Assembly (NCBI GenBank): GCA_965364815.1
Contig: CBDTZE010000001.1
Coordinates: 1-53,469 of the forward strand
Source: an uncultured Nitriliruptoria bacterium
GTDB lineage: Bacteria > Actinomycetota > Nitriliruptoria > Nitriliruptorales > Nitriliruptoraceae
Length of the DNA stretch: 53,469 nt
Direction of reading: 5' to 3'
The position numbers and the translations under genes are program-made. Positions 16,865-25,608 of the stretch are shown here, piece by piece (the stretch's first letter is position 1; each line of letters starts with the position of its first letter). The notes below the pieces were generated by a model. The model searched no databases. It was not told the origin of the DNA and saw nothing but the letters and a program-made list of their open reading frames with translations.

Positions 16865-18022
16865 ATGGGCAACGGACCTCTCGACGGCGTCTGCGTCCTG
16901 GACCTGTGCACGGTCGGGCCCGGCGCCCGCGCGGCAGCGCTGCTGGCTGACCTCGGTGCAGACGTGGTCAAGGTCGGTCCGCCGGCCTCGGCCAACCGCA
17001 TCGTGGCTGCGGACTGGGCCTACAGCGCGGCCCGCGGATGCCGGCGCATCGGCATCGACCTGAAGCAGGAGCGTGGCCGCTCGGCTTTCTTCGCGCTGGC
17101 GCAGACGGCCGACGTGGTCCTCGAAGGCTTCCGACCCGGCGTGGCCGACCGCATCGGCGTCGGGTTCGAGGCCGTTCGGGAACACAACGACGCCATCGTC
17201 TATGCCTCGCTCACCGGGTACGGCCAGGACGGGCCGTGGGCACAGTGGGCCGGACATGACGTGAACTACCAGGCCGTGGGCGGGGCGCTTTCACAGCAGG
17301 GGCGCGATGCCGATGGCGTGCCTGCGCTTCCGGGCGCGACCTGGGCTGACAGCGCAGGTGGTGGGATGCAGGCCGCGCTGTCGATCTGCGCGCACCTGGT
17401 GGTCGACCGCGACCGCCGGGAGGCCGTGCACCTCGACGTGTCCGCGACCGACGGCGTCCTGAGTGCGATGAGCCTGCTGGTCGACGAGCATCTCGCGACC
17501 GGCGTCGAGCACCACCCGGGGACCAGCATCCTGACCGGGCGCTACGCCTGCTACGGGGTGTACCGATGCGCCGATGGCGAGTTCGTGGCCGTCGGTGCGA
17601 TCGAGTCCGTCTTCTGGCGCAACCTCTGCCGGTTGCTGCAACTTGATGATCTCGCGGAGTTGCAACGCGACGACGCTCGCCAGGACGAGGTCCGGGCGGC
17701 CCTCGCCGCGAGGTTCGCGACGGGGACGCGCGACGAGTGGGTGGCGCTCCTGGGGCCGGCGGACACCTGTGTCTCGCCGGTGCTGTCGCCGCAGGAGATC
17801 GTCGCGAACGAGCACCTCGCGGCCAGGGGTTCCGTCGCCGAGGTCAAGGTCGGGGCGGACACCCAGTCGCAGGTGGCGCGCGTGGTGGCTGGCGCCGTGC
17901 GACCCCAAGGACCGGAGACCGGTGCCGCGGTGGCGGACACGGATGCCCGTGATCTGCTGGGACGCGCGGGCCTCGGTGAGGCCGAGGTGCAGGAACTGCT
18001 TGACCAAGGGGTGGTGCGATGA
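16865..18022 (+). CDS. Family III CoA-transferase (CaiB/BaiF; alpha-methylacyl-CoA racemase-like)
   Basis: MGNGPLDGVCVLDLCTVGPGARAAALLADLGADVVKVGPP and DVVLEGFRPGVADRIG are typical of the family. Track ORF trimmed to the ATG at 16865, 2 nt after the upstream stop. Confidence 0.85.
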   Translation: MGNGPLDGVCVLDLCTVGPGARAAALLADLGADVVKVGPPASANRIVAADWAYSAARGCRRIGIDLKQERGRSAFFALAQTADVVLEGFRPGVADRIGVGFEAVREHNDAIVYASLTGYGQDGPWAQWAGHDVNYQAVGGALSQQGRDADGVPALPGATWADSAGGGMQAALSICAHLVVDRDRREAVHLDVSATDGVLSAMSLLVDEHLATGVEHHPGTSILTGRYACYGVYRCADGEFVAVGAIESVFWRNLCRLLQLDDLAELQRDDARQDEVRAALAARFATGTRDEWVALLGPADTCVSPVLSPQEIVANEHLAARGSVAEVKVGADTQSQVARVVAGAVRPQGPETGAAVADTDARDLLGRAGLGEAEVQELLDQGVVR

Positions 18023-18555
18023 CGCTTGCCAAGCAGATCGAGGACGCTCCCGTGCCCGCCCGTTCCGACGACGAGGTGGCGCAGTGGGTCGGCGTGACCC
18101 TTGATGCCGGCTTCGGCGAGATCGAGGCCGAGCAGGGCTACGTCACGCACTGGATGGAAGCCACGGAGAACGACAACCCGATCTACTGGTCTCCAGAGGT
18201 CGCGGAGGTCATCGTCGGGCATCGGATCGCGCCCCCGACCATGCTGAGCGTCTGGATGCGGCCGCTGATGCACAAGCCGGGCCGCGAGGAGTTCCTGCGT
18301 CCGTTGGAGCTGCACTTCCGTCTCAAGGACGCCCTCGCGTTGCCCAAGGGCATCGTCGCCAGCAACGACATCACCTTCGGCGAGCCGGTCCGGCTGGGGG
18401 ACCGGGTGCGCACGGTCCAGTCGGTGCGTTCCATCTCGCCGGTCAAGACCATCAGCCTTGGCACCGGACGCTTCTGGACCATCGACGTCACCTACACCAA
18501 CCAACGCGAGGAAGTCGTGGGCGTCGAGTCCTACGACTTCTTCTGCTACTCGTGA
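18019..18555 (+). CDS. MaoC_dehydrat_N-type hotdog protein (hydratase subunit, ChsH2-N-like)
   Basis: GYVTHWMEATENDNPIYWSPE...IAPPTMLSVW is typical of the N-terminal half of MaoC dehydratases. ATGA overlap with the CoA-transferase stop. Confidence 0.75.
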   Translation: MTLAKQIEDAPVPARSDDEVAQWVGVTLDAGFGEIEAEQGYVTHWMEATENDNPIYWSPEVAEVIVGHRIAPPTMLSVWMRPLMHKPGREEFLRPLELHFRLKDALALPKGIVASNDITFGEPVRLGDRVRTVQSVRSISPVKTISLGTGRFWTIDVTYTNQREEVVGVESYDFFCYS

Positions 18556-18565
18556 AGGGTCGCTG

Positions 18566-19045
18566 ATGGATCGCACGCCACACCGCACCGGCCGCAACGT
18601 CGCCGTCGGCGACACCCTGCCGGAGCTCCGCATCGAGGTCACCCCACGCACCGTCGTGATGGGCGCCTCGGCAAGCCGGGACTGGCAGCCACAGCACCAC
18701 GACCACGTGCACTGCACCCAGGTCGCCAACCTGCCCGACATCTTCCTGAACACGCCGCACCAGGCGGGCTACATGGAGCGGTACCTGACCGACTGGTCGG
18801 GGCCGCACGGACGCTTGGCCAAGCTCGGTTTCCGGATGAAGAAGACCGTGGTGCCGGGGGACACGATGGTGCTGAACGCCACGGTCACCGAGGTCGTGCC
18901 CGACGAGGACATTGTCGAGGTCGGCATCGAGGTCACGTTGCACGTCGGTGGCGACGTGGCCACCTACTGCACGGCGCGGGTGGCTCTGCCCGCGACCGAA
19001 GACGACAACCCGTGGAATCGCCGCGGAAGCGAATGGACGCCCTGA
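18566..19045 (+). CDS. MaoC-like (R)-specific enoyl-CoA hydratase subunit (ChsH1-like)
   Basis: ASRDWQPQHHDHVHCTQVANLPDIFLNTPHQAGYMERYL... shows a hotdog pattern. Track ORF trimmed to the ATG at 18566. Paired with the preceding hotdog gene. Confidence 0.75.
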   Translation: MDRTPHRTGRNVAVGDTLPELRIEVTPRTVVMGASASRDWQPQHHDHVHCTQVANLPDIFLNTPHQAGYMERYLTDWSGPHGRLAKLGFRMKKTVVPGDTMVLNATVTEVVPDEDIVEVGIEVTLHVGGDVATYCTARVALPATEDDNPWNRRGSEWTP

Positions 19046-20190
19046 TGAACCTCACCCAGACCGAGGAGCAGGTTGCCCTGCGGGACGCCGTGCGGGAGCT
19101 GTGTGCGAAGCACGGCGGACCCGACGAGCTCCGCGAGCTCGAGGACGACCCCAAGGGCTACCGGGATGCCTTCTGGCGCGAGCTCGCCCAGATGGATCTG
19201 CTGGGGCTGGGCCTGCCTCCGGAGCACGGTGGCTCGGGGATGGGCCTGCTCGACCAGGCGGTCGTGGCCCAGGAGCTCGGGCGGTCGATCGTCCCCTCGC
19301 CATGGTTCCCGACCATCGCCGTGTGCGCCCCTCTGCTGGTCGAGGCCGGCAGCGACGAACAGCAGGCGGCGTGGCTCCCACGGATCGCGAAGGGCGAGGC
19401 TGTCGTCGTTCCGGCGTGGCACGAGCCAGGCAACTCAGAGACCGAGGCTGGGATTCAGCTGACTGCGTCTCCCAGCGATGACGGGTTCTCGCTGACGGGG
19501 ACAAAGATCTTGGTCCCGATGGCCTCGTCCGCGGACGCGTTCCTCGTCCTGGCCCGGACCGGCGACGATGCCGTGGGGATCTTCCTCGTGGCCGCGGATG
19601 CCCCCGGCCTGGAGCTGGTCCAGACCGTCTCGTTGGCATCGGATGCCCAGTACGAGCTGCGCTTCGACGGCGTCGGGGCCCAGGCCGTCGGCGCCGTCGA
19701 CGGCGGGTGGAAGGCCTTCGAGACCGTCATGGCCCGGGCGTTGATCCTGGCCTCGGCGTACGCACTCGGTGGATCGGAGGCCGCGCTCGACATGACGGCC
19801 GAGTACGCCAAGGAACGCGTGCAGTTCGGGGTGCCGATCGGAAACTTCCAGGGCATCGCCCACCCGATCGCCGACCGTGCCACGGAGATCGAGGCCGCCC
19901 GCACCATGATCCAGTATGCGTCGTGGCTGGCCGATGAGGGCAGCACCAGCCTGGCGTTGTCTGCGATGACCAAGCGCCACGCAGCGGAGACCTGGCGGAT
20001 GACCACGAGGACCGGGCAGCAGACCTTCGGTGGTGTGGGGTTCACCCGAGCCCTCGACATCCAGCTCTACTTCCGGCGGGCGAAGCAGTGGGAGCTGTCC
20101 TGGTTCGGGCCAGCCGTCCTCGACGAGTGGGTGGCCGCGGCGGAGTTGGACGCGCCCCGACCGATGATCGGCCACGACCTCAACGTGTGA
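19045..20190 (+). CDS. Acyl-CoA dehydrogenase
   Basis: MNLTQTEEQVALRDAVRELC... and C-terminal FGGVGFTRALDIQLYFRRAKQWE. The start overlaps the preceding stop (TGATG). Confidence 0.85.
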   Translation: MNLTQTEEQVALRDAVRELCAKHGGPDELRELEDDPKGYRDAFWRELAQMDLLGLGLPPEHGGSGMGLLDQAVVAQELGRSIVPSPWFPTIAVCAPLLVEAGSDEQQAAWLPRIAKGEAVVVPAWHEPGNSETEAGIQLTASPSDDGFSLTGTKILVPMASSADAFLVLARTGDDAVGIFLVAADAPGLELVQTVSLASDAQYELRFDGVGAQAVGAVDGGWKAFETVMARALILASAYALGGSEAALDMTAEYAKERVQFGVPIGNFQGIAHPIADRATEIEAARTMIQYASWLADEGSTSLALSAMTKRHAAETWRMTTRTGQQTFGGVGFTRALDIQLYFRRAKQWELSWFGPAVLDEWVAAAELDAPRPMIGHDLNV

Positions 20191-20244
20191 CGGGACCCAG
20201 CCGGGGGCGTGCTCGGCTCGCCGCCGCCTAGCTTTGGAAAACGA

Positions 20245-20285
20245 AGCCGGCCCTCGCGCGTCGGGGGGGCGAGCGAGGACCGGCT
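20245..20285 (+). terminator. Stem-loop downstream of the acyl-CoA dehydrogenase operon (possible terminator without a U-tract)
   Basis: AGCCGGCCCTCGC ... GCGAGGACCGGCT forms a 13-bp stem with one mismatch and a G-rich 15-nt loop. No T-run follows. Confidence 0.35.
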
Positions 20286-20341
20286 GATGCCACGCGGAGG
20301 CCTTGGGTGCCCCCGCTGACACAGTGGAAGACCCTAGGCAA

Positions 20342-20356
20342 CTGACAAGGTGTCAG
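20342..20356. promoter_or_regulatory. Palindrome CTGACA-AGG-TGTCAG upstream of the TetR gene
   Basis: Perfect 6-3-6 inverted repeat about 19 nt before the TetR start. It has the same architecture as, and 5 of 6 half-site bases in common with, the TCTGACG-NNN-CGTCAGA boxes. Confidence 0.5.
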
Positions 20357-20374
20357 TGAAGGACCCGACGGAGA

Positions 20375-20986
20375 TTGGTGCGCACAGTGGCCACAGTGAG
20401 CGCGGCGCGATCGAGGAGGTCGCTGGAAGAGTCACGAGACCTCATCCTCGACGGGGCCCGAAGGGTGCTCGAGACCACCACGGTGGCCGACGTCACCGTC
20501 GGGGACGTCATGGCCGAGACGCCACTGGGACGGTCGAGCTTCTACGTGCACTTCGCCGAGTTGCACGACGTGTGGCAGGCGCTGCTCGAAGGCAATGTCA
20601 GCCTGTTCGTGGAGCCGGTCAAGCCCTACCTCGAGGTACCCAGCCGCGAGACCTTGGGTGTCGCCATCCGCGGACTCGTCGACGTCTGGTACCCCAACCG
20701 ACGGTGGTGGGGTGAGTTGGTCGGATCGGCCATGGCCGGCGGCTCACGACTCAGCCGCCAGTGGCGTCGCACGGAGTTGGACCTGTGGGGCCCCACCATC
20801 GGCGCCCTGGTCCCCGCCGACGCCCCCGTGGTGCGGGCCGGGGCCGCGCGTGAGGCAGCGGGGCGGCAGATCGTTCTGCTCCTGATGGCCACGCTGGCAG
20901 AGGTCGCCCATGACGACCACATCGACCAAGTGGTCCTCAAGGACTCGCTGGTGGCCCTTGCGACGGCCGCCTTCTACGGCGCCTGA
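20375..20986 (+). CDS. TetR-family transcriptional regulator
   Basis: N-terminal HTH region SLEESRDLILDGARRVLETTTVADVTVGDVMAETPLGRSSFYVHF. The track start at 20375 is TTG. GTG at 20378, with GGAG 5 nt upstream, is equally likely. Confidence 0.85.
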   Translation: MVRTVATVSAARSRRSLEESRDLILDGARRVLETTTVADVTVGDVMAETPLGRSSFYVHFAELHDVWQALLEGNVSLFVEPVKPYLEVPSRETLGVAIRGLVDVWYPNRRWWGELVGSAMAGGSRLSRQWRRTELDLWGPTIGALVPADAPVVRAGAAREAAGRQIVLLLMATLAEVAHDDHIDQVVLKDSLVALATAAFYGA

Positions 20987-21004
20987 GTCGCTCCTGGAGT
21001 TCGT

Positions 21005-21721
21005 GTGGCAGAGTTCCGGGACGTCGAGGGCCGTCGCCTGACCCTGCCGGTCGAGATTCGTGACGCCGCAGTGGGGACCGCGGTCTTCCGCGGCGACCTG
21101 CGGGCCGCCCGGGCATTGTTGCCCGACGGGTTGGCCCCGGTCCGGATCGGGCCCAACACGACGCCAGTGACGCTGGTCATGGCCGACTACCGGGACAACG
21201 ACATCGGGACCTACCGCGAGGTGGCGATCCAGTTGGCCGTCGCCCGTCCCGGGCCCCGTGGCCAGGTCGGGGCCCTGGCGAGGATCGCGTCGGGACGGCC
21301 GGACACGTGGACCGTGGCCATGCCCGTGACGCTGGAGGCCAGCAGAGCTGCCGGTTGCCAGATCTGGGGGTTTCCCAAGACCCTCGACGACGTCCAAATC
21401 GAGATCGGTCCGTCCCGCGCGTCGTGCCACTGGCACGCCGACGGGGACCACGTCCTGACGCTGTCGGTGCCGGTCGGTCGGTCACGCGAGATGCAGGCGC
21501 CACCGCTGCGAGCCTTCACGATGCTCGACGGTCAGCTGTCCCGGACTGACTTCCGGATGGGGGCCGATCATGGACGGCTCGGCCTCGGCGGCGCTGCCCT
21601 CGAGCTCGGCGACCACCCCGTGGCCGAGCAGTTGCGCGACCTCGGGTTGTCGAGGCGTGCAATGCTCACCACGTGGATGGACGACGTCACGGCGTCCTTC
21701 GGAGCGCCGAAGGCCGACTGA
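21005..21721 (+). CDS. Acetoacetate decarboxylase (ADC)-family protein
   Basis: GTG start 18 nt after the TetR stop. The pattern ...VTLVMADYRDNDIGTYREVAIQL...GFPK... is typical of ADC-like beta-cone proteins. Assigned by eye. Confidence 0.65.
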   Translation: MAEFRDVEGRRLTLPVEIRDAAVGTAVFRGDLRAARALLPDGLAPVRIGPNTTPVTLVMADYRDNDIGTYREVAIQLAVARPGPRGQVGALARIASGRPDTWTVAMPVTLEASRAAGCQIWGFPKTLDDVQIEIGPSRASCHWHADGDHVLTLSVPVGRSREMQAPPLRAFTMLDGQLSRTDFRMGADHGRLGLGGAALELGDHPVAEQLRDLGLSRRAMLTTWMDDVTASFGAPKAD

Positions 21722-21751
21722 CCCGACTGACCCGCTTGACCCGCCTGCGCC
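21716..21751. repeat. Degenerate 9-bp tandem repeat (GACTGACCC x2, GCTTGACCC, GCCTGCGCC)
   Basis: Read directly. It starts over the stop codon of the ADC-like gene and extends into the intergenic region before the histidine kinase gene. Confidence 0.5.
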
Positions 21752-21846
21752 TCTTGGGCCGGTCAGGTGTCACGATCGGGCCGCTCTGCGTGGATGGCGG
21801 CAGGCTGGGCCGACTGGCCGAAGAACAAGCACCCCCGGGAATTTGC

Positions 21847-23616
21847 ATGGCAGCCGTCGAACTTCTCTCGCAGCTGGCCTACCTGGCTTGCGTCGTCGTC
21901 GCCGTGCGGCTCTGGGCATCCAACCGGACGCGACAGGCCGCGTGGTCGGCCGCGACGTTCACGCTGCTCGGGACCCTCGTGGTCGTGGGCTTCTTCCTCG
22001 AGGACGACCAGGTCCTGCCCGACCCGTGGGGCAAGCTGTTCATCGTCCTGGTTCTCCTGCTCCCGTGGTTCCTGTGGCGTTTCGCGGACTCCGTCGTCGC
22101 GGCACCCCGTGCCCTGCGCCTGGTGGTCGATGTCGTCGCTGTCGGCACCGCGCTCTCCGCGCTGGTCATCGAGCTTCCCGACCCCACCGCCACCCCGACG
22201 TCTGCCCAAGAGGCCTACATCCTGGTCATCGTGGGGGTCTGGTTCGCCCAGGCCATCCTGACGACGGGGTTGCTGTGGCGTGCCAGCATGGGGCAGCCCG
22301 GTGTGACCCGTGGCCGCCTGAGGATGCTCGGGCTCGGCGCGATCCTCTTGGGCTTCGCCGTCGTCGCAGGCTCCGGGCCTGGCACCGAGGAGACGAACCA
22401 GGCGATCTCCCAGGTCTTCTCCCTGGCCGCGGCCGTCACGTTCCTCGTCGGCTATGCGCCGCCCAGATCCCTGCGCCAGGCGTGGCGTGGCCCCGACGAG
22501 GCTGCGCTCTACCACGCCGCGGTCGGACTCCTGGAGGCACAGGAGGCACAGGAGGTCGAGCACGTTCTGCTTCCCGGGCTGGCACGGCTGCTCGGTGCCG
22601 CGGAGGTCACCGTCGTCGACGACGAGGCTGCAGCGTCAGCTGCGGGTGAAGGCGAGATGCGGATCCAACTCGGACCGTGGACACTCGGGTTCGCCCAGGC
22701 GCCTTCGATGCCGCTGTTCGGTGCGGGTGAGGAGGAACTCGTCAGCCGACTGGGCCTCATGGCGAACCTCGCCACCGAGCGCGTCCGCCTGCATGCATCG
22801 GAGCGCGTTGCCCGTGAAGAGGCCGAGGCGGCTTCCGCGGGTCTCGCCAGGGCCAACCGCGACCTCGAGTCGGTCAACGACGAACTCGAGGCCTTCGTCT
22901 ACTCGACCTCACACGACCTGAAGAACCCGATCATCGCGATCCTGGGCTATGTCGAGGTGCTGCAGAAGGACTTCTCCGAGCAGTTGCCCGAGGATGCTGC
23001 CTGGTACATCGAGCGCATGTCCGTCAATGCCCGGTTCATCGACTCGCTGATCCGTGACCTGCTGGAGCTCTCACGGGTCGGGCGCATGGAGACCACCCGC
23101 TCACACGTCGACCTCAACGAGTTGCTCACCGGCATCACCGTCGATGCCGTGCAGCGTCACCCGGAGCTTGAGCTCACGGTCAACTGGCCCGACGACCTCC
23201 CGGCCCTCGAGGCCAATCCGACGCGAGCACGCCAGTTGTTGGAGAACATGGTCGAGAACGCTGCCCGGTACGCCGGCCGGCCTGACGTCCGCGTTGACAT
23301 CGCCTGCGTCCAGGACACGGCGGGGATCACCCTCCACATCCGTGACAACGGCCAGGGCATCCCGGCGGAGCAGTGCGAACGGATCTTCGGGATGTTCGAG
23401 CGACTCGACCCCGACAAGGCCACCGGGACCGGCATCGGGCTGGCGATCTGTCGACGCATCGTCGAGCAACTCGGTGGACAGATCGACGCCCTGCCCTCCG
23501 GTGACGGAGCACACTTCCGCATCAGCCTCCCGGCCGAGGCGTTGTCTGGCGACGGACATGGTCACACCGACTCTGGCATCATTGATCCGGACGCGCCGAT
23601 GAAGGCAACCGCATGA
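21847..23616 (+). CDS. Membrane sensor histidine kinase (multi-TM N-terminal sensor)
   Basis: About 6-7 hydrophobic helices, then H-box STSHDLKNPIIAILGYVEVL, N-box LENMVENAARYA and G-box GTGIGLAICRRIVEQLGG. Track ORF trimmed to the ATG at 21847 (MAAVELLSQLAYLA...). Confidence 0.85.
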   Translation: MAAVELLSQLAYLACVVVAVRLWASNRTRQAAWSAATFTLLGTLVVVGFFLEDDQVLPDPWGKLFIVLVLLLPWFLWRFADSVVAAPRALRLVVDVVAVGTALSALVIELPDPTATPTSAQEAYILVIVGVWFAQAILTTGLLWRASMGQPGVTRGRLRMLGLGAILLGFAVVAGSGPGTEETNQAISQVFSLAAAVTFLVGYAPPRSLRQAWRGPDEAALYHAAVGLLEAQEAQEVEHVLLPGLARLLGAAEVTVVDDEAAASAAGEGEMRIQLGPWTLGFAQAPSMPLFGAGEEELVSRLGLMANLATERVRLHASERVAREEAEAASAGLARANRDLESVNDELEAFVYSTSHDLKNPIIAILGYVEVLQKDFSEQLPEDAAWYIERMSVNARFIDSLIRDLLELSRVGRMETTRSHVDLNELLTGITVDAVQRHPELELTVNWPDDLPALEANPTRARQLLENMVENAARYAGRPDVRVDIACVQDTAGITLHIRDNGQGIPAEQCERIFGMFERLDPDKATGTGIGLAICRRIVEQLGGQIDALPSGDGAHFRISLPAEALSGDGHGHTDSGIIDPDAPMKATA

Positions 23617-24047
23617 GCACATTCCGCATCCTGGTGGTCGACGACAACCCGGATCACCGCTTCTTCATCAAGCGAGCCCTCGCGGGTGTCGGCACGGACA
23701 TGGCCGTCGACACGGTCAGCGATGGCGAAGAGGCCCTCGGGTTCCTGCGTGCCGAGGCCCCGTTCGAGGATCGCAAGGCGCCCCACATGGTGCTGCTGGA
23801 CCTGCGCATGCCCCGGCTCAGTGGGCTCGAGGTCCTCGCGGAGATGCGCAAGGACGATGCCCTGCGGGCGGTGCCCGTGGTGGTGCTCACCAGTTCGGAT
23901 CGCCCCCAGGACGTCCGCGAGGCCTATGAGGCAGGGACCAACTCCTACGTCGTCAAGTCTGGCGACGTCGAGGGCCTGCGTCGGGAGATCGCCTCGCTGT
24001 CGGAGTTCTGGATGGGCACGAGCCGTGTCCCGGAGCCGAGCGAGTGA
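23613..24047 (+). CDS. Single-domain response regulator (receiver only, Rcp1/CheY-like)
   Basis: ILVVDDNPDHRFF...MVLLDLRMPRLSGLEVL...VVVLTSS...YVVK. 144 aa with no output domain. ATGA overlap with the kinase stop. Confidence 0.9.
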   Translation: MSTFRILVVDDNPDHRFFIKRALAGVGTDMAVDTVSDGEEALGFLRAEAPFEDRKAPHMVLLDLRMPRLSGLEVLAEMRKDDALRAVPVVVLTSSDRPQDVREAYEAGTNSYVVKSGDVEGLRREIASLSEFWMGTSRVPEPSE

Positions 24048-25603
24048 TCATCACCACCCCGGTCCTCGAGGCGTCCCGCACGGACGCCATCCGGGTGTTG
24101 CTCGTCGAGGACAGCATCGATCACCAGATGTTGGTCAGGCGATCACTTGAGCGCGCTGGTTACGAGGTCGTGGTCGCGAGCTCCGGCGAAGCCGCCCTCG
24201 AGGCGCTCGCGGGAGATGTGGAGTTCCATCTCGCGCTCATCGACCAGGGCCTTCCCCGGATGTCGGGCACGGAGTTGCTGGCCCACGTCGTGGCGATGCC
24301 TGGTGGCCCCGGCGCAGTGATGGTCACGGCCTCCGCCGACGCCAAGCTCGTGGTCAAGTCGTTGCGTGCCGGGGCCGTGGACTTCGTGAGCAAGCAGGCC
24401 GGCTACCTCGACGTGCTTCCCGCGGTCGTCGAACGGGCCCACCGTCAGTGGGACCTGCGTCAACGGACCCGTGAGCTGCAGCGCGTGGCTTTGCTGGTGC
24501 ACGGGGCCTCGGGGTTGGAGGAGACGGTCGGTGAGGTCGTGGACGGCATCTGTCGTCTCCTGCGCGCCCCGAACGCCGTCCTGATGCTGCACGACGACGA
24601 GGCAGGCTCGTGGCGTCCCGGCGCTCGCACGGGTGACGAGGCGGAGCTGACCACGCATGTTGCTCGCGACCTCGCACAACGCCGGACCGAGGACGTCGAG
24701 CAGCGCGAGGGTCTGCTGGTCGTGCGCCTGCCCGCCGAACTGGACGAGCAGGCCGGCGCGTTGGTGGTCCAGCGTGATGCGGCTCAGCCCTTCGTCGCCG
24801 AGGAGGAGGAGCTGGCCAAGACCTTCGCCGCCTTCGCGTCGTTGGCACTGCGCCAGGCCCGACGGGCCGAGCTCGAGGGAGGCCTGATCGAAGAGTTGCA
24901 GCAGACCATCCGGGCTCGACGCGACTTCGTTGCCTCCGTGTCCCACGAGCTGCGCACGCCACTGACGTCCATCGGCGGTTACGCGGAGACGATCCAGCGT
25001 CACCGTGACCAGTTGGAACCCGCGGCGATCCTCGACCTGGTGGATCGGATCGGTCGCCATGCCGGGGATCTGGAACGGTTGATCGACCAACTCATCGACG
25101 TCGCCAAGATCGAACGCGGCGCACGGTTCGTCCCGACGATGGCTGCGCTCAGTCTTGACGGGGCGATCGCTGATGCCGTCGAAGCCGTTGAGCAGGTGCT
25201 TGTGGGTCGCGAGGTCAGCACCGACGTCCCGGCGGTGGAGATCAACGGCGATCCCGACTTCCTGAACCGCATCATGGCGAACCTGCTGACCAATGCGGTC
25301 AAGTACTCCGAGCCCGGCACGCCCATCTGGATCGAGGCCCGGGCCGACGCCTCACGAGTCGAGATCGTCGTTCGTGACGTCGGCATCGGGATCGATCCCA
25401 ACGAGACCGTCCTGGCCTTCCAGCCGTTCTGGCGAGCCGGTCACGCGGTCGGCCAGGCCGTGCGGGGCATGGGCATCGGGCTGTCGTTGGTTCGCGAGTA
25501 CGTCACCGCAATGTCGGGTGAGGTCGGCTGCCGACCGGGCCCGGAGGGCGTCGGCTCCGAGTTCTGGTTCCACCTGCCGCTGGCGGGCGTCAGCGTCGAG
25601 TGA
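24044..25603 (+). CDS. Hybrid REC-GAF(-like)-HisKA-HATPase histidine kinase
   Basis: N-terminal receiver (IRVLLVEDSIDHQMLV...ALIDQGLPRMSG), central GAF-like segment, H-box VSHELRTPLTSIGGYAETI, LLTNAVKYS, GMGIGLSLVREY. GTGA overlap with the upstream stop. Confidence 0.85.
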   Translation: MIITTPVLEASRTDAIRVLLVEDSIDHQMLVRRSLERAGYEVVVASSGEAALEALAGDVEFHLALIDQGLPRMSGTELLAHVVAMPGGPGAVMVTASADAKLVVKSLRAGAVDFVSKQAGYLDVLPAVVERAHRQWDLRQRTRELQRVALLVHGASGLEETVGEVVDGICRLLRAPNAVLMLHDDEAGSWRPGARTGDEAELTTHVARDLAQRRTEDVEQREGLLVVRLPAELDEQAGALVVQRDAAQPFVAEEEELAKTFAAFASLALRQARRAELEGGLIEELQQTIRARRDFVASVSHELRTPLTSIGGYAETIQRHRDQLEPAAILDLVDRIGRHAGDLERLIDQLIDVAKIERGARFVPTMAALSLDGAIADAVEAVEQVLVGREVSTDVPAVEINGDPDFLNRIMANLLTNAVKYSEPGTPIWIEARADASRVEIVVRDVGIGIDPNETVLAFQPFWRAGHAVGQAVRGMGIGLSLVREYVTAMSGEVGCRPGPEGVGSEFWFHLPLAGVSVE

Positions 25604-25608
25604 CGTGG

